A DNA stretch of 64,000 bases from an uncultured Chloroflexia bacterium. Lineage in GTDB: Bacteria > Chloroflexota > Limnocylindria > Limnocylindrales > CSP1-4. Below, in pieces: positions 29,683 through 37,357 of this stretch. The DNA lies in the NCBI GenBank assembly GCA_963766735.1, contig CAVYBU010000002.1, positions 256,001 to 320,000 on the forward strand, read 5' to 3'. The notes beneath the pieces are model-generated. The model saw only the letters and a program-made list of their open reading frames with translations. It was not told where the DNA came from and did not search any database. The number at the start of each line of letters is the position of its first letter. The first letter of the stretch is position 1. Position numbers and translations under genes: made by a program.

Positions 29683-30689
29683 TGCGCCGGATCCTGTTGC
29701 TCGCGGCGGCCCCGGCTCTCGCGGCCGGCGCCCGGGGCCCCGTGCTGGACCGCCTCGCCCGCCGCATGACGCAGGCCCCGCGGCGCCTGCCCGGGGAGGC
29801 CGGGCTGGCGCCCGCTCTCGACCGGCTGGGCGGCGAGGTGGTCCGCCTTCGGTCCCGGGACGGCCTCCGGCTGGTGGCCCGGTGGTTGCCGGCGGACCCG
29901 CCTGCCCGCCCGGGCCCCGCGGACGCGGATGTGGCAGGAGGCTGGGTGCCGGACCCACGCGAGGCGATCCTGCTGCTCCACGGATACAACGGCTCAGTGG
30001 CGCCTGATCTCGTCGAGGTTGGGCCTTTCCTGCGCCGGACGGCCGGCGTGCTCGGCCTGGACTTTCGCGGCCACGGTGCCTCGGATGACGGGCCCACGAC
30101 ATTCGGGCTGCTCGAGGTGGAGGACGTGGCCGGGGCGCTCGCGTTCCTCGGCGAGAGGGGCGTGAGACGCGTGGCGCTGGTCGGCTCGTCCATGGGCGGG
30201 ATCACCGCGATCGCGGCCGTGGCGGTGCTGGGGGACGGACGGCTGGCGGCGGCCGATGCCGACCCCGCGGCACCGGCCGCGTCGGTCGAGGCACCAACGC
30301 CGCGGATCGTGGCGGTGGTCGCCGACTCTGTGACCCCGGAGCTGGCAGTGGTGGTCGGCAGCCGGCTGGGCCTGCCCTTCGGGCGGCGCATCGCAGAGCG
30401 GGCGTTCGGACGGTTCGAGCGTATCGTCGGCGGGGATCCACGGGCCACCCAGCCGATCGCGACGGTCGGCCTGCTCGAGGATGTGCCGCTGCTGCTGGTG
30501 CACGGCGAGGAGGACCGGACGCTTCCCATTCGTGACGGTCGCCGCCTGGCTGCCGCCGCGCCGCCCGGGACCCGTCATCTTGTGATCGCGGGAGCCGATC
30601 ATGGCGCCGGTCATGCGACGGATCCGGCGGCGTACGAGGCTGCAGTCGAGAACCTGCTCCGCGAGGCTTTCACCGGCGCGCGACGGTAA
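29679..30689 (+). CDS. Alpha/beta hydrolase
   Basis: LLLHG, DFRGHGAS, GSSMGG nucleophile elbow, HGEED and GADH. Confidence 0.85.
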   Translation: MMRRILLLAAAPALAAGARGPVLDRLARRMTQAPRRLPGEAGLAPALDRLGGEVVRLRSRDGLRLVARWLPADPPARPGPADADVAGGWVPDPREAILLLHGYNGSVAPDLVEVGPFLRRTAGVLGLDFRGHGASDDGPTTFGLLEVEDVAGALAFLGERGVRRVALVGSSMGGITAIAAVAVLGDGRLAAADADPAAPAASVEAPTPRIVAVVADSVTPELAVVVGSRLGLPFGRRIAERAFGRFERIVGGDPRATQPIATVGLLEDVPLLLVHGEEDRTLPIRDGRRLAAAAPPGTRHLVIAGADHGAGHATDPAAYEAAVENLLREAFTGARR

Positions 30690-30785
30690 CGGCGAGGACG
30701 ACGCGCGCCTCGCCCTATACTTCACCCCGGCACCGTCGGGAATCGAGCACGCGCTCGTCAAATCGGTGCCCTGCCAGGAGGTCGC

Positions 30786-31958
30786 ATGGCCGGGAAGGTA
30801 CTCGTCGTCGACGACGACGCGAGCGTCCAGCGACTGCTCCAGCACACCCTTCACCAGGAGGGCTTCGAGGTCGTCATCGCCGGCGATGGAGCCGAGGGAT
30901 TCCGTCTCTGGCAGCAGGAGAAGCCGTCGCTGGTCCTGCTGGACGTGACGCTCCAGGAGCTCGACGGCTACGAGGTGGCCAGCCAGATCCGCGCCGTCGA
31001 AGGCTCCGGCACGCACGTCCCGATCATCATGCTCACCGCCGAGCGGGACGTGCAGCAGAAGGTCCGCGCCCTCAGGTCCGGTGCGGACGACTACCTGATC
31101 AAGCCATTCCATCCCGCGGAGCTGCTCGCGCGGATGAAGAGCCTGATCGCGCGGTTCGCCCCCGGTGAGACGATCGTCGGCCGGCCGCCGATGGGCCGGA
31201 TACACGCCTACTACGGCGCGAAGGGCGGCGTCGGAACCACGACCATTGCGATCAACGCCGCCATCGCCCTCCAGGGCATGGGTCGGCGCGTCTGCCTCGT
31301 GGACGGCAACCTCCAGTTCGGTGATCACCGGGTGTTCCTGGACCTGGGCCTTGACCGGCGGGGCATCGTCGACGTCGTCAGCTCTCCGACCATGGACGCC
31401 GACCTCATCAAGAGCATCGTCCAGACGCATGACTCGGGCGTGGACCTCCTCCTCGCGCCGCCGTCGCCGGAAGCTGCGGACCTCATCACGGCCGCCCACA
31501 TGAATGAGATCCTGGAGCTGCTTCGCGGTCAGTACGACTACGTCATCGTGGATATCGACAAGCGCCTCGACGACGTCAACCTCATGGTGCTCGACGTCGC
31601 GGACATCATCTTCGCGGTCATGACGGCGGACCTCTCCTGCCTCAAGAACGTCCGGCTGGTGCTCGAGACGATCGGCCACCTGGGCTACGAGGCCGGCAAG
31701 CTCAAGCTGGTCCTCAACCGTTCCAACGCGTTCACGGGAATCAACGTGAAGAGCGCCGAGGGGGCGCTCCGCCGGCCGATCGAGTTCCAGATCGTCAACG
31801 AGTACCGGGGCGCGATCTCGGCCCTCAACACCGGCGAGCCGTTCATGGTAGGCAAGGCGGACTCGGTCCTCGGACGTTCCGTCCTGGACTTCGCGAAGGC
31901 GGTCGACAAGTCGGGCGGACGGGCGCAGGCACAGCTGGCACCGACCACGGGGCGGTAG
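30786..31958 (+). CDS. Response regulator receiver + CpaE/TadZ-like ATPase
   Basis: Canonical REC (VDDD, LLDV, MLTA, KPF), then YGAKGGVGTTT, YDYVIVD, VLNR and ALNTGEPF. Confidence 0.85.
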   Translation: MAGKVLVVDDDASVQRLLQHTLHQEGFEVVIAGDGAEGFRLWQQEKPSLVLLDVTLQELDGYEVASQIRAVEGSGTHVPIIMLTAERDVQQKVRALRSGADDYLIKPFHPAELLARMKSLIARFAPGETIVGRPPMGRIHAYYGAKGGVGTTTIAINAAIALQGMGRRVCLVDGNLQFGDHRVFLDLGLDRRGIVDVVSSPTMDADLIKSIVQTHDSGVDLLLAPPSPEAADLITAAHMNEILELLRGQYDYVIVDIDKRLDDVNLMVLDVADIIFAVMTADLSCLKNVRLVLETIGHLGYEAGKLKLVLNRSNAFTGINVKSAEGALRRPIEFQIVNEYRGAISALNTGEPFMVGKADSVLGRSVLDFAKAVDKSGGRAQAQLAPTTGR

Positions 31959-32074
31959 CCGCTCGCCGGACACGTCCTTCTGCCGGGCGCGTCCCGGAGA
32001 CGAGCCGCCGGCGCGCGCCGCGGTTGCACAGCCAGATAAGCCGCAGGTGAGCGGCACGGCCTACCGTGCCGCTC

Positions 32075-33691
32075 GTGCTCGCAACCATCCTGTCCGCAAC
32101 GCTCCACGGGATCACTGGGCGGATCGTCCGCGTCGAGGTGGATGTCGCGCCCGGTTTGCCCGGGTTCACCATCGTCGGTCTGCCCGACGCGGCCCTGTCG
32201 GAGGCACGCGAGCGCGTCCGGGGAGCGCTGCGGAACGCCGGCTTCCACCACCCTCCGCGCCGCATCACCGTCAACCTCGCACCCGCGGAGCTGCGCAAGG
32301 CCGGCGCCTCGCTGGACCTCGCCATCGCGCTCGGCATCCTGCTCGGTTCGGAGCAGCTGCGGGCCGGTCCCGGGAGCGTTGGCATGATCGGCGAGCTGGG
32401 GCTGGGCGGGGAGGTGCGGCGTGTCCCCGGGATCCTGCCGATGTGCCTCGCCCTCGTGGCCGGGGGAGTGCGACGTGTTGCCGTGCCTGCGGACGGCTAC
32501 GCGGAGGCGCGGCTTGCGCCAGGTCTGGATCCGGTTCCGGTCGCCAGCGTCGCGGAGGCCGCCGAGGCCATGCGCTCGCCGCGATCGCGGCGGCCCGTTC
32601 CGGTCGCGTTGCCGCGGGCGGGGGTCGTGGTCGACGTCTCGGCGAAGGCGGCGCGCGGGGCGGCATCGGGCGCTGCCGGTGGCGGGACGGCGGGAGAGGC
32701 GGCCTCCGGCCCTGCCGGTGGCGGTACGGCGGTTGACCTCTCGGACGTTCGCGGACAGGTGGTCGCGCGGCGGGCGCTCGAGATCGCCCTTGCGGGTGGT
32801 CACGCGCTCCTCCTCATCGGGCCGCCCGGCGCCGGCAAGACCCTCCTCGCCCGGACAATTGCGCCGCTCCTGCCGGACCTGGACGAAGGAGCGGCCCTGG
32901 CGGCGACCGTCGTCGCCTCCGCGGCATCGCAGGAGCCTGTCGAGGCTCTGGTCCGGCGTCCGCCGGTCCGCATGCCGCACCACACGACGTCGTACGCGGG
33001 GATGGTGGGCGGTGGGCCGCGCCTCTCGCCCGGCGAAGTCACCCTGGCGGACCAGGGAGTCCTGTTCTGCGATGAGCTCCCTGAGTTCGGGCGAGACGTG
33101 CTGGAGGCACTCCGACAGCCGCTGGAGGAGGGGCACGTCTCGGTGGTGAGGGTCGGCCGGGCGGCGATCTTCCCGGCGAGGTTCACGTTCATCGCGGCGA
33201 TGAACCCGTGCCCGTGCGGGCAGGACGGGGCCGCCGACAGGGTCTGCACCTGCCCGCCGCACGTGCCGGAGCGGTATCGGCGCCGCGTGTCCGGCCCCCT
33301 GCGGGACCGGTTCGACCTGTGGGTCCGCGTGGACAGGGTCGCGCCCGCGGTCCTGCTCGGAGGGTCGGCCCCCGAGACGTCCTCGGTGGTCGCCGGGCGG
33401 ATCGCAGCGGCACGTGAGCGCCGACGGTCGCGAGCCGGAGACCTTGCGAACGTGCGGCTCCACGGCCGGCTCCTCCGTGCAGCCTGCGCGATGGAGGCTG
33501 TCGCGGAGGCGAGGGCGGTCCTCCTCGCGGAGCGGGAAGGGCTGTCCGGGCGGGGCATGGACCGCCTGCTTCGTGTTGCGAGGACGATCGCGGACCTCGC
33601 CGGTGACGCGGCCGTCGGTCCCGCCCACCTCGACGAGGCAGCACGGTTCCGGTCTCCCGTGGACCGGATGACGCTGCGGCAGGCGAGCTGA
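32075..33691 (+). CDS. comM: YifB/ComM Mg-chelatase-like AAA+ ATPase
   Basis: RITVNLAPAELRKAG, GPPGAGKT, PHHT, PGEVTLA, DELPEF, MNPCPCG and SGPLRDRFD. Start placed at GTG 32075, 7 nt after TACCGT. Confidence 0.92.
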   Translation: MLATILSATLHGITGRIVRVEVDVAPGLPGFTIVGLPDAALSEARERVRGALRNAGFHHPPRRITVNLAPAELRKAGASLDLAIALGILLGSEQLRAGPGSVGMIGELGLGGEVRRVPGILPMCLALVAGGVRRVAVPADGYAEARLAPGLDPVPVASVAEAAEAMRSPRSRRPVPVALPRAGVVVDVSAKAARGAASGAAGGGTAGEAASGPAGGGTAVDLSDVRGQVVARRALEIALAGGHALLLIGPPGAGKTLLARTIAPLLPDLDEGAALAATVVASAASQEPVEALVRRPPVRMPHHTTSYAGMVGGGPRLSPGEVTLADQGVLFCDELPEFGRDVLEALRQPLEEGHVSVVRVGRAAIFPARFTFIAAMNPCPCGQDGAADRVCTCPPHVPERYRRRVSGPLRDRFDLWVRVDRVAPAVLLGGSAPETSSVVAGRIAAARERRRSRAGDLANVRLHGRLLRAACAMEAVAEARAVLLAEREGLSGRGMDRLLRVARTIADLAGDAAVGPAHLDEAARFRSPVDRMTLRQAS

Positions 33692-35013
33692 TGCTCGGCG
33701 TGGGTCGCGCCGGCCCCCTTGGGCGCGAGGACGCCGCAGAGGTCGGTGGCCCCCGGGACCCCGACGATGCGGAGCGTGACGCGTGGGTCGTGTTGAACGG
33801 CGTGAGCGGCGTCGGGCCCGTGTCGTTTGGCAGGCTGGTCGCGTCGTTCGGTAGTGCGGCGGCGGTTCTGGCGGCGGCCCGACGAACGGGAGCGGTTGCC
33901 AGGCTCGTTGCCGCAACGGGCTCGGATGACGGCGGCGGCCCGACGCTGGGGCAGCCCGTCGGAGCATCGATCGTGGCCGCCGCCATGGATCCGGGGCAGA
34001 TGCTCGCTCCGGTCCGTCGATCCGGACTGCAGGTGGTGACCCTCGCGGACGCGGTCTATCCGATGCGGCTCCGGAGGGTCGACCTGCCGCCGCCGGTCCT
34101 GTTTCTCCACGGGGATCCGTCCGCGCTGGACCGTCACCGCTCGATCGCGATCGTCGGGACGCGCCGCCCCACGGGCCTCGGGCGCGTGACCGCCGTACGG
34201 ATCGCGGAAGCGGTGAGCGGACTGGGTGCCACCGTCGTGTCCGGACTCGCGCTCGGCATCGATGCCGCGGCGCATTCAGCCACGGTGCGGCTCGGCGGTC
34301 CGACGGTCGCAGTGATCGGTGGCGGCCATGAGCGCCTCTACCCGGCCGGCCACCGGGGCCTGGCCCGGGCCATCGCCGCCGGGGGAGGGGCGGTCGTGAG
34401 CGAGTTCGCCCCCGACACGATTCCCACCCGGGGGACCTTCCCGCGCCGGAACCGGATCATCAGCGGCCTGGCGGATGCGACCGTTGTCGTGGAGGCCGGT
34501 ACGCGGAGCGGGGCACTGACGACGGCGGCTTGGGCGCTGGAGCAGGGCAGGGGGTTGCACCTCGTGCCGGGCCGTCTCGACGACCCGGCCGTGGCGGGCT
34601 GCCTCGCCTTCCTGCGGGAGGCCGGACCGGAGGCCCGGATCGTCGCGGGCATCCCGGAGCTGCTCGAGGACCTTGGGCTCCTTGGGGACTCCGTCGCGGC
34701 ACCGGGGGGGACCGTGCTCGGACCGGCCGGCGTCCGCGACGGCACCGGTCCGCGTGCACCGCTCCACGCGGTGCTCGCCTGCCTCGGCCCGCTCGAGCGA
34801 GCCGTGGCCCAGGAGATCGGCGCGGGTCGTGGAAGCGTGGACGAGCTGGTCCTGGCGACCGGGGCAGCCTCCGCGTCCGTCCTGGCCGTGCTGACGGTAC
34901 TCGAGGTCCGCGGCCTGGTCCTGGAGGCTTTCGGACGGTATCGGCCAGCGGGTCCATTGGCCTCTGCAGTGGACGCCCGGCGTCCGCGTCCGGCGCGCGC
35001 ACGGGTCGCGTGA
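33691..35013 (+). CDS. dprA: DNA-processing protein DprA
   Basis: AIVGTR, VVSGLALGIDAAAH, FPRRNRIISGL and SGALTTA, with a C-terminal winged helix. Confidence 0.93.
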   Translation: MLGVGRAGPLGREDAAEVGGPRDPDDAERDAWVVLNGVSGVGPVSFGRLVASFGSAAAVLAAARRTGAVARLVAATGSDDGGGPTLGQPVGASIVAAAMDPGQMLAPVRRSGLQVVTLADAVYPMRLRRVDLPPPVLFLHGDPSALDRHRSIAIVGTRRPTGLGRVTAVRIAEAVSGLGATVVSGLALGIDAAAHSATVRLGGPTVAVIGGGHERLYPAGHRGLARAIAAGGGAVVSEFAPDTIPTRGTFPRRNRIISGLADATVVVEAGTRSGALTTAAWALEQGRGLHLVPGRLDDPAVAGCLAFLREAGPEARIVAGIPELLEDLGLLGDSVAAPGGTVLGPAGVRDGTGPRAPLHAVLACLGPLERAVAQEIGAGRGSVDELVLATGAASASVLAVLTVLEVRGLVLEAFGRYRPAGPLASAVDARRPRPARARVA

Positions 35014-35189
35014 CAACTCGCGCGGTTGGCGTCCCCGGCACGTCAGCCCGGCCCACGGTTGCTGGTCGGGCAACAGCGGTGCTAACCTCGGCCCCGTCAA
35101 GAGGATCCGCGCAGGGTGCGCGGGAGACCGCCCGGGATCGGCGCCAAACGCCGCGGGTGCCTGCCACCGACGCACTGGAGGACGCCCTA

Positions 35190-36839
35190 TTGCGGAAGCT
35201 CGGCGCTGCATTGCTCGCCTTGCCCGTGGTCGCCCTCGTCTACCTGGCGTCGCTCAGCCGGCGCGGTATCGGCGCCCGGATCGCTGCCGGCCTCGCCACC
35301 GCCGCTGTGATTGGCCTCGTGGTCGTCGTCAGCCTCCCGCCCGCGCCGAGCGCCGCCGCCCCGGTGTCCCCGCCGAAGCCTGTCGCCGCCGAGCTGCTCA
35401 ACACGATCAGGACCGGGCACTCACTCACGGCCCCAATCACAGTCAGCTTCGATGCCGCGATGGATCCAGCGTCCGTCGCCGCCGCGCTCCGTGTCACGCC
35501 CGAGACCGCGCTGACCTTCGGCTGGGACGCCGCCGGGCGCGTGCTCACCATTGACCCGCTCGCACACTGGTCCCCGGACACCCTCTACACGATCAGCGTC
35601 TCGCCGGCCGCCCGGGGAGCCGACGGGGGCTCGCTCACCTCGCCCGTTCGGGCCTTGGTGCTGACCGGGCCTGCGGGGTCGGGGGACATTCACGCAACGG
35701 GGGTATCGGGAAACCGTGCCCGGCTTGACACCGGGTTCCGCATCAGCCTCGACCGGGCCGTGGATCTCGACGTGCTGCGAGCGGCGCTGCGAACCGAGCC
35801 CACGATCGGCGGCGTCCTGACTCCGGGCGCGACCATCGGCGAGTATGTCTTCAGTACGTCAGAGGAACTCGCACCCGACATGACGTACCGCGTCTGGTTC
35901 GAGGGACTGGCCGACACCGACGGCGTGGCCTTCACCATCTCGCCGGCGCTCTCGGTCAAGACCATCAGGACGCCTTCCGTGGTCCGCTTCCGACCGCGCG
36001 ACGACACCAAGGCTGTCGAGACCGGAGCAACCATCTCGGTCCGGTTCACCGAGCGGATGGACCGCGCGGCGACCGCCGCCGCGTTCCGCGTGACGGTTGG
36101 CGGCAAGACGGTGCCGGGCAAGGTCACGTGGGCCGAGAAGGGCCAGGTGCTGGTGTTCAACCCGGGATCGGCCCTCCCGTACGGCGCCCAGGTCGTCGCG
36201 GCCGTGGATGCCACGGCGCTGTCCAAGGACGGTGTGGCCCTCGCGCAACCGGCCTCGGGCACCTTCACGACCGCCCCCAAGCCCAAGCCCGCCCCCAAGC
36301 CCAAGCCCGCCCCCAAGCCCAAGGCCGCCCCCAAGGCTCCCTCGACAAAGCCCATCTCCAAGTCTGGAGGCGGCGGTGCGGTCTCCGGGTCCTGGTCGGC
36401 CGTCGAGGCGTACTACATGAAGCTGATGAACTGCACCCGGACGGGCGGCTGGGTGACGTCCAAGGGCGCTTGCTCCTCGCCGGGCGGCCGATCAGTCGCT
36501 CCGCTGTCCCTCAGCGGGTCGATCAGCTCCAAGGTCTCGCGGCCCTACGCCAAGCTCCTCGCGACGCGCGGCATCTGCACCCACTTCAGCGGCGGCAACC
36601 CGGGCGACCGGCTTCGCCGGGCGGGCTTCAGCAGCTACCGCTGGGCGGAGAACCTCGGCTGCCGGTCCGGCAACCCCTACAGCGCCGTCCTGGGATCACA
36701 CCTGTTCTTCCAGCGCGAGAAGCCCTACAACGGCGGCCACTACCGGAACATGATGAACGCCGCCTACGACCGGGCCGGCATCGGTGTCTGGGTGTCCGGC
36801 GGCCGCGTCCGGCTGGTGGTGGACTTCTACCACCCCTGA
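35190..36839 (+). CDS. Membrane-anchored protein with about three Big_5 Ig-like domains, a PKPA linker and a C-terminal CAP (SCP) domain
   Basis: Two N-terminal hydrophobic segments; Ig-like units ITVSFDAAMD, RISLDRAVD and SVRFTERMD; AENL and GHYRNMMN..YDRAGIGV CAP motifs. TTG after GGAGG. Confidence 0.75.
   Translation: MRKLGAALLALPVVALVYLASLSRRGIGARIAAGLATAAVIGLVVVVSLPPAPSAAAPVSPPKPVAAELLNTIRTGHSLTAPITVSFDAAMDPASVAAALRVTPETALTFGWDAAGRVLTIDPLAHWSPDTLYTISVSPAARGADGGSLTSPVRALVLTGPAGSGDIHATGVSGNRARLDTGFRISLDRAVDLDVLRAALRTEPTIGGVLTPGATIGEYVFSTSEELAPDMTYRVWFEGLADTDGVAFTISPALSVKTIRTPSVVRFRPRDDTKAVETGATISVRFTERMDRAATAAAFRVTVGGKTVPGKVTWAEKGQVLVFNPGSALPYGAQVVAAVDATALSKDGVALAQPASGTFTTAPKPKPAPKPKPAPKPKAAPKAPSTKPISKSGGGGAVSGSWSAVEAYYMKLMNCTRTGGWVTSKGACSSPGGRSVAPLSLSGSISSKVSRPYAKLLATRGICTHFSGGNPGDRLRRAGFSSYRWAENLGCRSGNPYSAVLGSHLFFQREKPYNGGHYRNMMNAAYDRAGIGVWVSGGRVRLVVDFYHP
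36273..36335 (+). repeat. 18-bp coding tandem repeat (APKPKP, about 3.5 copies)
   Basis: GCCCCCAAGCCCAAGCCC units start at 36273, 36291, 36309 and 36327 (partial). Confidence 0.85.
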
Positions 36840-36911
36840 CCGGTCGTCCCGAGTATCGGGTGGGACCATCGGGCGGGTGACGCGGGGCGCCGGATCGATG
36901 AGCATTGGTCC

Positions 36912-37301
36912 GTGATCCGCAACGTCTGCATCCACGTGTCCAACGAGCAGCCGCTGCTCGCCGACCTGTTCGACCTGCCGAGCGCGTCCGATGCCGGACT
37001 CCTGTGCACGAACGTGCGGATGATGGACGGCAAGCGGCCGGTCTTCATCGACAGCATCACGGGGACCTTCTTCTTCCCGTACCACGTCATCCGGTTCCTC
37101 GAGATTCCTGAAGGCGCAGTCGACCTGGGCCGGACCGGCGACGGTGCATCCGAGCCGGGGCACGCCCGCGCGGACGGCGAGGAGCCTGACAGCCGTCTCG
37201 CCATCGCCGTCGCGGGTCCGCCCGACAAGGTCGATGGCGATGATCTGGATGACGACCTCGAGATCGACGAGGGCTTCCTGCAGCGGATCCGGGATATCTG
37301 A
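36912..37301 (+). CDS. Hypothetical protein (129 aa) with acidic tail
   Basis: Globular-looking N-terminal domain (IHVSNEQPLLAD...TNVRMMDGKRPVFID...FFPYHVIRFLEI) with good codon usage. Confidence 0.75.
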   Translation: MIRNVCIHVSNEQPLLADLFDLPSASDAGLLCTNVRMMDGKRPVFIDSITGTFFFPYHVIRFLEIPEGAVDLGRTGDGASEPGHARADGEEPDSRLAIAVAGPPDKVDGDDLDDDLEIDEGFLQRIRDI

Positions 37302-37357
37302 CGGCCGTTCGCAGGTATGCGGCGGGTGATGGAGCCGGTGCTACACTCCCGGCCGCC

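Noticed and set aside
35030-35090. SAM-IV or c-di-AMP riboswitch-like fragments (CGTCAGCCCGGC, TTGCTGG..GGCAAC, GCTAACC)
   Set aside because: The SAM 5' core is missing, the ydaO-like elements are in the wrong order, the segment overlaps the predicted promoter, and the downstream gene is unrelated to sulfur metabolism.
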